A stretch of DNA of 64,000 nt from Planctomycetota bacterium. GTDB taxonomy: Bacteria; Planctomycetota; UBA8108; SXIK01. A program made the position numbers and the translations under genes. Location: positions 6,432,001-6,496,000 of the forward strand of contig CBDCXR010000004.1 in the NCBI GenBank assembly GCA_965223845.1. The letters run 5' to 3'. Under the pieces are notes generated by a model. The model made no database searches. It had not been told where the DNA came from and saw only the letters and a program-made list of their open reading frames with translations. Positions 1-9,289 of the stretch are shown piece after piece (positions within the stretch are counted from its first letter, which is position 1; each line of letters starts with the position of its first letter).

Positions 1-2
1 GC

Positions 3-470
3 ATTCCGGTGACGGCGATCCTTCAGCGTGCCGGACGCAACTTCTGTCTCGTCGGAGCCGCGGCGAAGGAGCTCCGTCCGCTCGAGCTCGGTCTCACCAA
101 CGAGACTCAGGTCGAGGTGAAGAGCGGGCTCGAAGAGGGTGAGGTGGTCGTCCTGAATCCCGACGAGTTTGTCGACGAGTCGCAGTTCCCGGAGCCGGAG
201 AAGGAAGAAGCGCCGGAGATCGTCGAGCCCGAAATCGAACCGGCGATCGAGGAGGGCGGCCGCAGCGACGGCGGGCGCCCCGAGCCGGCGTCGTACTCCT
301 CGAGTGACGATGGGCAGCGCGGCGAGCGGGGAGCGGGAGCGCGCGGTGGAGGCTCCGGCCGCGAAGGACGTTCCTGGAGCGGCGGTGGCGGCGGAGGCGA
401 GCGCGGTGGGCGCGGCGGACGCGGCGGCGGTGGAGGCGAGCGCGGCTCGCGCCGTGGTCCTCGGTCCTAA
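3..470 (+). CDS. Efflux periplasmic adaptor (MacA/HlyD-like), C-terminal part; 5' truncated by window edge
   Basis: Frame is open from the window edge (IPVTAIL...LGLTNETQVEVKSGLEEGEVVVL), typical of the membrane-proximal domain of adaptor proteins; acidic then Gly/Arg-rich tail; directly upstream of a MacB-type permease. Confidence 0.8.
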   Translation: MPVTAILQRAGRNFCLVGAAAKELRPLELGLTNETQVEVKSGLEEGEVVVLNPDEFVDESQFPEPEKEEAPEIVEPEIEPAIEEGGRSDGGRPEPASYSSSDDGQRGERGAGARGGGSGREGRSWSGGGGGGERGGRGGRGGGGGERGSRRGPRS

Positions 471-497
471 GGCGCATCGTCCCTCGGCACTCTCTTC

Positions 498-1790
498 ATG
501 CGCTTTGCGACGCTTCAGCTAGCGGCGAGGAATCTCCTCCTCCACAAGCTCCGCAGCTTCCTCACGATGCTCGGAACGATTCTGGGCGTGGGGTCCGTCA
601 TCGCCATGCTCGCGATCGGCGAGGGCTCGAAGCGTGAAGCGGTCGAGCAGATCCGTCAGCTCGGCGCGACGAATATCATCGTGAGTAGCGTCAAGCCGGG
701 TGACGACCTCGACGCCGGCGGCGAGGATCCCGCGGATCAGTCTTCGAGCCAGGAGCAGACGAGTCGCGTGCTCGAGTACGGCCTCACGCATCGCGACGTC
801 GAACGCCTCCGCATCGGCCTTCCGACGGTCGAGCGCGTGCTTCCCGTCGCGCTCGTTCGGAGGAACGCGCAAAGCTCCGGGCGGATGATCAAGAACGCGA
901 GGATCCTCGGCACGGTTGCTGCGTACCGGGGAGTGAAGAATCTCAACATCGCGCGGGGGCGCTTCCTGAGCGATGTCGACGACCGGAAGATCGCAAACGT
1001 AGCTGTCCTCGGATCGGGCGCGGCTCAGAGACTCTTCGGTTATCGCGACCCGCTCGATCAACCGGTGCTGCTCGGACGTCGAGCGTTTCGAGTGATCGGC
1101 GTGATCCAGCGTCCGTCGCACGGATCGCGTTCGGGGCGCGACGACTTCGACGGTGACATTTACGTTCCGCTGAGCGCCGCGCGCAGTCGATTCGGCGAGC
1201 TTCAGATGATCGTCCGTGCGGGCAGCACGGAGTTCGAGCGCACGCAGATCAGCGAGATCACGCTCACCGTTCGGAACGAGGACGAGGTCACGCAGACGGT
1301 CGGGATGGCACGGAAGCTCCTCCTCCAGACTCACCCCGACGGGAACGACTTCGAGATGCAGGTTCCGCTCGAGCTTCTACAACAGGCCGAGCGCGAAAAG
1401 CAGATTTGGAATCTCGTTCTCGGGTCGATCGCCGGAATCTCGCTCCTCGTCGGCGGTATCGGCATCATGAACATCATGCTTGCGACCATCACCGAGCGGA
1501 CGCGCGAGATCGGCGTCCGGCGCGCGCTCGGGGCGAAGCGTCGCGACATTACGGCGCAGTTTCTCGTCGAGACGGTGGTCCTCTCGACCACGGGAGGCAT
1601 CGTCGGCACAGTGCTTGGGATCACCGTGCCGTACCTGGTGACACTGGCGACGGGAATCGAAACCGCGCTCAGCGTCTGGTCGGTGGCCCTCGCGTTCGGT
1701 ATCTCCGTGGGGGTCGGTGTCGTCTTCGGGCTCTATCCGGCGCGGCGTGCCGCGCTCATGCATCCGATCGAAGCGCTCCGGCACGAATAG
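498..1790 (+). CDS. ABC transporter permease, MacB/FtsX family
   Basis: KLRSFLTMLGTILGVGSVIAMLAIGEG at the N-terminus; ISLLVGGIGIMNIMLATITERTREIGVRRALGA; C-terminal FGLYPARRAALMHPIEALRHE. Confidence 0.95.
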   Translation: MRFATLQLAARNLLLHKLRSFLTMLGTILGVGSVIAMLAIGEGSKREAVEQIRQLGATNIIVSSVKPGDDLDAGGEDPADQSSSQEQTSRVLEYGLTHRDVERLRIGLPTVERVLPVALVRRNAQSSGRMIKNARILGTVAAYRGVKNLNIARGRFLSDVDDRKIANVAVLGSGAAQRLFGYRDPLDQPVLLGRRAFRVIGVIQRPSHGSRSGRDDFDGDIYVPLSAARSRFGELQMIVRAGSTEFERTQISEITLTVRNEDEVTQTVGMARKLLLQTHPDGNDFEMQVPLELLQQAEREKQIWNLVLGSIAGISLLVGGIGIMNIMLATITERTREIGVRRALGAKRRDITAQFLVETVVLSTTGGIVGTVLGITVPYLVTLATGIETALSVWSVALAFGISVGVGVVFGLYPARRAALMHPIEALRHE

Positions 1791-1844
1791 TCCACGTCGC
1801 GAGCGGAGCTCCGCGTCCACGAACGAATCCTCGCTACAGAAACC

Positions 1845-4800
1845 ATGCGAATGGCAGTCTCGATCTTCTGTCTCGTCGCCACCATCGCTACCGCGATCGC
1901 GGCGTTCACCATCCTCGCGCGCGGAGCACCGGAGCCGAGCATGGAGCTTCACCGCGCGCGCGTGAGCGGCACCGAGGAGCGGCGCGTGCAGCTCGAGGAA
2001 CATCTCGAGCGGCAGAAGTGGACGCGAAAGGCGCTCATCGGGGGGCTCTTCGCGGCGACCGTTCTCTTCGCTGCGGGCGCCTTCCTTACGCTTGGCGGTT
2101 CGCGAGCCTCGTTCGTGCGAGTCGTTCTTCTCCTCTCGCTGTGCGGGGTCCTCTGTGACTGTCGGCGGAAGGACTACCGCGAGCACGCCGACAAGCAGTC
2201 GTACGCGGCGCTCCTCCACAAGACCGCGGGGACGCCGTGGGAAGTTCCGGCCGAGTTCTCGATCGATCCCGATCCTCGATCGCGGCTATTCGACCCGAGC
2301 GACCCGGATTTTCCCTCGCTGCCCCGACCGGATCGATTGCTCGACTCCTACGAGCTCCCGGAACTCGTCAGAGCGGCCGCGCGGATCGAAATTCGGGCGG
2401 GCGAATCCGCGGACGAGGAGGCGATCGAGGGACTCCGGATCCACCCGATCCCGCCCGACTATTGGGACGCCCTACCCCGCGCGTGCCTCGCGCGGATGCT
2501 CGAGGTGGAGAGCGTCGTCGAAGAGTACCGGCTCGCCTACGAGGAGGAACCGCCGGAGACTCTGCTCGACGCCGCACCGCGTCTCAGCCTCGCGAATATT
2601 GTCGAGCTCGCGCTTCTCAACAGTCGCGAGTACCAGACGCGAAAGGAGATCCTCTACCGCGCTGCGCTCGCTCTGACGCTCGAGCGGTTCGAGTTCGTTC
2701 CGCAGTTTTCGCCGTTCGGGAACGGGGTCGACGCCGACTACACGATCACGCGGTCGCCGGCGACCGGCGGAGATCGCGTCGAGTCGAGCTCGATCGGAAG
2801 CGGCGCCGCGGGGGAGGCGCTCCTCGCGACGGGGGGGACGGCGATCGCGCGGTTCGCGAACGACATCGTGCTCACGTTCGACGGTCCCGGCGGGTGGTCG
2901 AAGGAGATCAGCTCCGAGCTTCTCTTCGAGCTTTCGCAGAGCCTGTTCCAGCGCGACGTGCGGCTCAATCCGCTCGTTCAGTCCGAACGGGATCTCGTCT
3001 ACGCGGCGCGCGATTTCGCCCGCTTTCGCAAGGAGTTCTTCTTCCAGTTCGCGAACCAGTACTACGGTCTGCTGCGGGAGTACCGCGGTATCGAGATCGA
3101 GGCGCAGAATTACTTCTCGCTCGTCCGCACGTTTCGGCAGGCGCAGGCCGAGGTCGGCCTCGGGGTGCAGCGGAGCACGACGCCCGTCGAAGCGGATCAG
3201 TTCGAGCAGAGCATGCTCTCGGGCCGGAGCGATCTCATCTCGACGTGCAACCGGCTCGAGCGCGCGCTCGACAGTCTCAAGCTGTCGATGGGGATTCCCA
3301 CCGAGACGCCGATCAATCTCGATCTCTCCGAGCTTCAGCTCCTCACGCTGCGCAATCAGATCGAAGTAACGGGTGAGCGGGCGCGTCGGTGGCGCGCCCG
3401 CGTGCTCGAGCGGCGACAACGGGACAACCCGAATCGTGACGAGGTCCTGAACGGAAATATCTTCCTTCTCGAGCGACTTCTCGAGTGGGTTCGTCTTCGC
3501 TGGCGACTCGGCTTCGAGGTGGAGCAGCGCGCGGCGCTCGAGCTCTCTCTCGCGCTCGCGCGCGTCGATCTCGCCCGCGCCGAGCACGTACGCGCTCTCG
3601 CGGCTCTCGCCGAGGTGCGGGATTCCGAGCTACCGGTGCCGATCATTCTCATCTTTCAGCGAACGCGCGATGTGGTCGCCACGCTCTTCCGGGTCGCGGA
3701 GCTTCAGATCCCGCTCGCGCTAGCGCGCGGCCGGACCGCGGACGAAGTCGAGCCGCTCGGCGAGCGACGAGCCGCGCTGTTCGCTCGCGACGCGGCGCTC
3801 GGCGAGCGCGTCGCAGAGGTGCTCCGCGATCTTCAGTCCGACGATCTGAGTGGGCTCGTGAACGACGTGGAAGGCATCCGGACCGAGCTGGAGGCGCTCA
3901 TCGGAGAGCTCGATCAACTCGCTGAGCGAGATCCCGCGCGGGAGAATCTCGAGACCACTCTCGCCGAAACCGATTTGCTGGTCGCCACTCTCGACGCTCT
4001 CTTCGAGGGAGCGGAGCTAGGTCTCGCGCCCGTCGATATCAGCGCGAGGGACGCGATGCGAACGGCGCTCGTTCAGCGTCTCGATCTCATGAATGAGCGC
4101 TGGCGACTCGCCGACGACCGGCGAGACGTCAAGATCGCCGCGGACGATCTGAAGAGCGTCCTCGATCTGAACGCGAGCCACTCGATCGGCTCGCGCGATC
4201 GAAAGCCGCTCAAGTTCACGTCGCACGACAGTCAAACGCGTCTCTCGCTTTCGTTCGATCTCCCGCTCAATCGCCGGTCGCAACGAAACGTCTACCGCCG
4301 CGCGCTTATCGACTACCACGCGGGGCGACGGAGTCTCATGGAGCTCGAGGATGCGATCAAGTTCGACATCCGTGACGGTCTTCGCACGCTCGAGGAGACG
4401 CGCATCCAGTATCCGATCGCGGTCACGCAAGCCGGACTCGCGGCCGAGCAGGTGATCAGCGTCCAGCTCCAGCTTACGCTCGGGTTCGAGCGGGTGCGTG
4501 GAACCGACCTCCTCGACGCGCTTCAATCGTCACGGCGGGCGCTGATATCCGTGGCGAACGCGCGGATCGGTTATCTCGTCGACCGGGCTCAGTTCGCGCT
4601 CGATCTCGAGCTCATGGAGATCGATTCCGCGGGGATGTGGACGGCGATCGATGATCCCAGCTACCGGCCGGAACCGAACGTCGCGTACCCCGAGAACGCC
4701 GGACCGGCGTACGGTGACATTCCGAAGTACGTGTTTGTCTCGCGGGAAATCCGGAGCATGCTGCGCGATCATCCTGTACCCGGGGAGACGCGAGCGGCGA

Positions 4801-5006
4801 ATCAGGACGAGGATCGAAGCGCCGCCGAAAGCCGCGCGGTCGCGACCGACGTTCCCGCGGAGACGCCGGACGGCGCGGACGCGGCCGTGGCCGAAGAGCC
4901 CGCGGGAGCGGACGACGAACCGGAGACGACATCGACCGAAGGTGACGGCGCCCCCGCGGGCGACTCGCCGCCTCTCGACGCGAGCGAAGCCGAGGAGTCG
5001 CCGTAA
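1845..5006 (+). CDS. Large TolC-family outer-membrane efflux protein with N-terminal membrane extension and internal helical insertion
   Basis: Two OEP-like repeats (LSLANIVELALLNSREYQ...; ISARDAMRTALVQRLDLMNER...LSFDLPLNRRSQRN); internal lipobox-like LLLSLCGVLCDC followed by RRKDYREHAD; acidic disordered tail; follows adaptor and permease. Alternative start GTG ~2115. Confidence 0.8.
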   Translation: MRMAVSIFCLVATIATAIAAFTILARGAPEPSMELHRARVSGTEERRVQLEEHLERQKWTRKALIGGLFAATVLFAAGAFLTLGGSRASFVRVVLLLSLCGVLCDCRRKDYREHADKQSYAALLHKTAGTPWEVPAEFSIDPDPRSRLFDPSDPDFPSLPRPDRLLDSYELPELVRAAARIEIRAGESADEEAIEGLRIHPIPPDYWDALPRACLARMLEVESVVEEYRLAYEEEPPETLLDAAPRLSLANIVELALLNSREYQTRKEILYRAALALTLERFEFVPQFSPFGNGVDADYTITRSPATGGDRVESSSIGSGAAGEALLATGGTAIARFANDIVLTFDGPGGWSKEISSELLFELSQSLFQRDVRLNPLVQSERDLVYAARDFARFRKEFFFQFANQYYGLLREYRGIEIEAQNYFSLVRTFRQAQAEVGLGVQRSTTPVEADQFEQSMLSGRSDLISTCNRLERALDSLKLSMGIPTETPINLDLSELQLLTLRNQIEVTGERARRWRARVLERRQRDNPNRDEVLNGNIFLLERLLEWVRLRWRLGFEVEQRAALELSLALARVDLARAEHVRALAALAEVRDSELPVPIILIFQRTRDVVATLFRVAELQIPLALARGRTADEVEPLGERRAALFARDAALGERVAEVLRDLQSDDLSGLVNDVEGIRTELEALIGELDQLAERDPARENLETTLAETDLLVATLDALFEGAELGLAPVDISARDAMRTALVQRLDLMNERWRLADDRRDVKIAADDLKSVLDLNASHSIGSRDRKPLKFTSHDSQTRLSLSFDLPLNRRSQRNVYRRALIDYHAGRRSLMELEDAIKFDIRDGLRTLEETRIQYPIAVTQAGLAAEQVISVQLQLTLGFERVRGTDLLDALQSSRRALISVANARIGYLVDRAQFALDLELMEIDSAGMWTAIDDPSYRPEPNVAYPENAGPAYGDIPKYVFVSREIRSMLRDHPVPGETRAANQDEDRSAAESRAVATDVPAETPDGADAAVAEEPAGADDEPETTSTEGDGAPAGDSPPLDASEAEESP

Positions 5007-5053
5007 GGCTCGCGCCTCCGATCACAACGGGCGAGAATGCCCCGGTTGTAGAT

Positions 5054-5581
5054 TTGTCTCGCAAACTCCGAGGGCGACTCGCGGTGCAGCTAGAGGATGC
5101 GATTACGTTCGGCTTGGCGTGGCTCGGCTACGCTCTCCTCGCGTCGGACTTCGCGCGTCGAGCTCGTGGTCGGCGTGACGCGCGCGTGAGCGCGCTGACC
5201 GCGCTCGTAGCGATCGTTCACGTCGCCTGTGTGTACGTCTTCCGTTTCGACGGGTCCGTGCTCGCTGCCTGGCAGAAGAGTGCGGCCGGATTCGTGATCT
5301 TTCACTCGGCGCTGCTCACGATCGTGCTCGCGCCGATGGTCTTCGAGCCGTGGCGTACGCGCATGGTCTTCGTCTCCTTCGGAGTCGTGAGCTTCGGCGG
5401 TCTCGGTGCGCCGTTTCGCTATCCCGAGCTCGGTGTTCTCGCGATCCCGCTTTTCACGGTGTTCGGGGTGGCGCTCGTCTTCGCGTGGCGCGGTCGGAAG
5501 ATCGAGGAAGAGACCCACACGACGAGCGCGAAGCGGACGCGAAGGAAGACGAGGGAGAGGGAGAAGGAAGGAGAGAGATAA
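5054..5581 (+). CDS. Hypothetical multi-pass membrane protein
   Basis: About 5 hydrophobic segments; start may be GTG 5084; last ~20 codons derive from a repeat/purine tract. Confidence 0.65.
   Translation: MSRKLRGRLAVQLEDAITFGLAWLGYALLASDFARRARGRRDARVSALTALVAIVHVACVYVFRFDGSVLAAWQKSAAGFVIFHSALLTIVLAPMVFEPWRTRMVFVSFGVVSFGGLGAPFRYPELGVLAIPLFTVFGVALVFAWRGRKIEEETHTTSAKRTRRKTREREKEGER
5516..5557 (+). repeat. Copy of ACGAAG-rich dispersed repeat arm
   Basis: cacacgacgagcgcgaagcggacgcgaaggaagacgagggag is nearly identical to 38046-38088. Confidence 0.75.
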
Positions 5582-5653
5582 GCGGGGGAAGAGGGGAAGA
5601 GAACGGAGAGAGGGGCGAAGCCCTCGGACGCGGCGCATCGGGAAGCTGCACCT

Positions 5654-5884
5654 TCACTCCGGTTCCGGGTCCGCCGCTTTCGCGAGTGCGGCTCTCGCGC
5701 GCTCTTCGTTTTCGCGAAGGACCATCAACCGGATTCCTTGGACCAACTGAAACTGCGGCTCCATTCCGCCGCAGTCGTCGGCCGAAACCATAGCTCCGAT
5801 GCCGCACGACTCGAGCACGGCTTTCGCGATCTCGGCTTCGACGGGGTCCGTGCACTCCGCGACGACGACGAGATCGGACGGCAT
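5654..5884 (-). CDS. DUF2007-type putative signal-transducing protein
   Basis: MPSDLVVVAECTDPVEAEIAKAVLESCGIGAMVSADDCGG...GIRLMV pattern; AAGGGAAG upstream of ATG 5884. Confidence 0.8.
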   Translation of the reverse strand: MPSDLVVVAECTDPVEAEIAKAVLESCGIGAMVSADDCGGMEPQFQLVQGIRLMVLRENEERARAALAKAADPEPE

Positions 5885-6060
5885 GACGCTTCCCTTCAGA
5901 AAGGAAATCCTCGTCCGCGTGGATTCGGTCACTCAGAACCGATGCTACCGCCGTTTCGAAGCGCGGGCCAATCGGACGATTCGTTCGCCGCGCGAACTCG
6001 CCCTTCGCGTACTTCGTGTGCACCTCTTACAGGGGAGCGAGCTGCGCTACGGACAGACCG

Positions 6061-8919
6061 TCAGTCCTCGGGCCATTCCGTAACCTCGTCCGCAGCATGC
6101 TGGAGCATGGCGCTCGCGGCGCGGCCGAGATGTCCGAGCGTCGGCGTCGTCCGCGCGTTGAACAACGCGATGAGATTTCGGCCGTCGTGACGGCGAATCA
6201 GGATCGTCGCGGTGCCGGAAAGCGATCCGGAATGCGAGCGATCGAAGCGGCCGGGGGCGACGACCCGATTGGACCACCCGAGCGAGTAGTACGTTTCCTT
6301 CTCGCTCCCGTCGTCGTTGTGGCCCGCGGCGCCCGGCGGGCGGCGAAACATCCACTCGATGCTCTCTTCGTTGAGGATCGGACAGTTCGCCGGGTCATCG
6401 AACGCCGCGGCGAACTTCGCGATGTCCGTCGCGGCGGCGATCCAGCCACCGTGCGAGTCCATCGCCTCGAGGAACCAAGCGCCGTACGGCCACGGCACTT
6501 CTTCGTTGAGGTCCTCGTGAAAGACGGAGCGCCCGCTTCCCGGCTGGTAGTACCGCACCTCGTTCTCCGCGCGGACATCCCGGGTGCTCCCGATTCGCAT
6601 CGCGGTTACTCCGATCGGCTTGAGGACGGCGGCCTTCACGTACTCCTCGTACGACTGGCCGCTTAGCTTCTCGATCACGCGGCCGAGGAGACAGTAGCCG
6701 AAGTTCGAATACGCGTATCGCTCGCCCGGAGCAAAGTCGAGCTTCTGAGAGAACATCGCTCGGATGACGGCGGCGGGACCTGCGGGCGGCTCGACTCCCG
6801 TCTCTTCCGCGAACCGAACCGACTGAAACATCGCGTCGAACGACTGCCCGCGGTCCCAGCCACCGCGATGCTCGAGAAGGTGACGAATCGTGATGTCGCG
6901 GAAGCGCAGGTCGAATTTGTCTCCTGCCGCCGCGATGTCTTCTTCGTAATCGAGAACTTCGAGGATCTTGTCATCGAGGCTCAGTCGTCCGCGCTCGATC
7001 CACTGAAGAATCGCGACGGCGGTCACGGGTTTCGAGATGCTGGCGATGCGAAAGAGACTGTCTGTTCGCACCGGCTCCCGCACCGCGACATCGGAGTAAC
7101 CGTAGCCGCGGGAGAACACGACGCGGCCACGGTCCGTCACCGCGACCGACGCCCCGGGTACGCGGTGTTCCTTCATGAACTCGACGATGCGTCGATCGAA
7201 GCTCGCGAATCGATCGTCGAAATCACCCGTCGATACCTTGTACGGCGCTGCCGTCTCTCGAAATCCCGGTCCGCGGATGACGCGACCGGGACGAGCACCC
7301 GTGAACTCGCCGTCCCTGAGGACGAGTTTCCCGTTCACGACGACGTGCTTCATTCCCTCCGATAGCGCGTGAGGGTTCGCGAAATCGGCGCGGTCGGTGA
7401 GGTTTTCGTAGTCGAAGACGATAACGTCGGCGGCGAGTCCGACGGCGATGCGCCCTCGGTCGTAGGCGAGGACGCAGTTCGCGGCGGCGGCGCTCGCCTG
7501 GGCGACGGCGCGTTCGAGCGTGAGTGCACCGAGATCCCGCACGTAGCGCGAGAGGAGCCGAGGAAAGGACCCAAACGCGCGCGGGTGGGAGGCGGACCGG
7601 CTCGCTCCGGCGGGTCCGACGTCCGTGCAAAACGAAACGAATTCGGCCTGCATCGCGCGGATCTTGTTCGCCTCGGTCATCGTCTCCGGAAGCGCGAACG
7701 CCCCGGAACGAACGAGCGCGAAGAACGTGTCCCAGGGATCCTCGCTCTTCGCTTCGGCGATGGCCGCGACCGAGTTCCCGTCGAGTCCTTCGTACCGGTC
7801 GCTTCCCGTGCGTCCGACGACGATGCGATCCCAATCCTCTCCCGCGTGGCGGAACCAGTTCTCCCAGCCCTCGCCGCTCTCCATCTCGCGCCGAATCTCG
7901 GCGCGGACATCGGGGGACTCGAGACTCTTCAGAAGCTCGTCGCGTCCGTTTGCGAAATGACGTGGGTGAATCAGCGCGGCGATCGAGAGACCGTTGTTCA
8001 CGTAGGGATAGATGTCCGCCGTGATTTGCTCGCCGGCCGCCCGCGCGCCGCGGATGTTCGCGATCGCGAGCTCCATCTTGTTCCAGTTGTGCTTGCCGGC
8101 GGCCTTGAGGTGGAAGATATGAACCGGTGTTCCGCCCTTTCGCCCGATTTCGAGCGCCTCGTCGATCGCTTCGAGCAAGCGGTCGCCCTCGTTTCGCATG
8201 TGAGTGTAGTAGCGGCCGCCGTACTCGCCGGCGACCTGGGCGAGCGCCGCGATCTCGTCGGTGTCCGCGTAGACGGCCGGTGGATAGATGAGCGCCGTCG
8301 AAACGCCGATCGCTCCCGCTTCCATCGCCTCGCGGACGAGAGCTCGCATGCGCACGAGCTCTTCGGGGCTGGGTGCGCGGTCCAGATCGCCGATCACGAT
8401 GCGGCGCACCTGCGTGTGTCCGATCGTCTGGACGACGTTGACTGGAAGCCCCCGAAGCTCGAGGAGAGTGAAGTACTCCGCCATCGTCGTCCAGCCCTTC
8501 CGGCGCCCTCGGTCGGCAGAGAGTGGAGCGGCCGAGCCGCCCTCGCCCGCGTTGATCGTCGTGATTCCCTGCGTGAGTAGATTGATGGCGGTCTTCGGGT
8601 CGCCGACCATCGGCGACGCGGACTGTCCCATCATGTCGACGAAACCGGGCGCGACGACGAGCCCGGTGGCGTCGATCACCGCCTTTGCTTCGCTCTCGGC
8701 GATGCGGCCGATACGCACGATGCGTCCGTCGTCGATGCCGACGTCCGCCACGTACCAGGGTGAGCCGGTTCCATCGACGATGCGTCCGCCGCGAATCGCG
8801 AGGTCGAGGGTGGCTCCTTGGTCGGCGAGCGGCGGCGCAACGCTCGCTCCGTTCACCGCGATCGAGACGACGATGGAGAGAGAGAGCGAGACGATGGCGG
8901 AGCGACTCGAGAGATTCAT
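6061..8919 (-). CDS. Exported N-acyl-D-amino-acid deacylase fused to a beta-lactamase/DD-peptidase-type serine hydrolase
   Basis: Signal peptide MNLSSRSAIVSLSLSIVV; DLAIRGGRIVDGTG, THMRNE, HIFHLK, HPRAFGSFPR, GLAADVIVFD (D-aminoacylase); FRIASISK (SxxK), YAYSNFGY (YxN), HSG (serine hydrolase). The ORF-track start at 9453 is overextended. Confidence 0.9.
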   Translation of the reverse strand: MNLSSRSAIVSLSLSIVVSIAVNGASVAPPLADQGATLDLAIRGGRIVDGTGSPWYVADVGIDDGRIVRIGRIAESEAKAVIDATGLVVAPGFVDMMGQSASPMVGDPKTAINLLTQGITTINAGEGGSAAPLSADRGRRKGWTTMAEYFTLLELRGLPVNVVQTIGHTQVRRIVIGDLDRAPSPEELVRMRALVREAMEAGAIGVSTALIYPPAVYADTDEIAALAQVAGEYGGRYYTHMRNEGDRLLEAIDEALEIGRKGGTPVHIFHLKAAGKHNWNKMELAIANIRGARAAGEQITADIYPYVNNGLSIAALIHPRHFANGRDELLKSLESPDVRAEIRREMESGEGWENWFRHAGEDWDRIVVGRTGSDRYEGLDGNSVAAIAEAKSEDPWDTFFALVRSGAFALPETMTEANKIRAMQAEFVSFCTDVGPAGASRSASHPRAFGSFPRLLSRYVRDLGALTLERAVAQASAAAANCVLAYDRGRIAVGLAADVIVFDYENLTDRADFANPHALSEGMKHVVVNGKLVLRDGEFTGARPGRVIRGPGFRETAAPYKVSTGDFDDRFASFDRRIVEFMKEHRVPGASVAVTDRGRVVFSRGYGYSDVAVREPVRTDSLFRIASISKPVTAVAILQWIERGRLSLDDKILEVLDYEEDIAAAGDKFDLRFRDITIRHLLEHRGGWDRGQSFDAMFQSVRFAEETGVEPPAGPAAVIRAMFSQKLDFAPGERYAYSNFGYCLLGRVIEKLSGQSYEEYVKAAVLKPIGVTAMRIGSTRDVRAENEVRYYQPGSGRSVFHEDLNEEVPWPYGAWFLEAMDSHGGWIAAATDIAKFAAAFDDPANCPILNEESIEWMFRRPPGAAGHNDDGSEKETYYSLGWSNRVVAPGRFDRSHSGSLSGTATILIRRHDGRNLIALFNARTTPTLGHLGRAASAMLQHAADEVTEWPED

Positions 8920-8928
8920 GAGGAAGAA

Positions 8929-8970
8929 TTCACCACGAAGAGCACGAAGGACACGAAGAAAGACGAACGG
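8929..8970 (+). repeat. Copy of ACGAAG-rich dispersed repeat arm
   Basis: ttcaccacgaagagcacgaaggacacgaagaaagacgaacgg aligns with 38044-38086. Confidence 0.7.
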
Positions 8971-9289
8971 TGGGAAGGTTTTGAATTGAGAAGACTCGAG
9001 GTGTGGAATCGGTCTCGACCCATCGCCACAGTAGCTTTGCGTGAAGAGCCGAGCAAGCGGCTGGAGGGCGAGGAGCTCGGACGGGGCACTAACATTCCCG
9101 CGGCTGCGTACGCACAGGAAGGGGCGCATCTTCTCCCGTCCACTCGAACGTCGCGGGCGTGGGTCGGAGCGTTGCTCGGGCGCAGCGATTCGGAGATGAT
9201 TCCCGAGAAAGAGCCTACGAGCGCAGCGCATTGTGAGATACGGTCGGCGGCGGAATCCACGAGGGCTCGAACCGGGGGACACGCGCACC

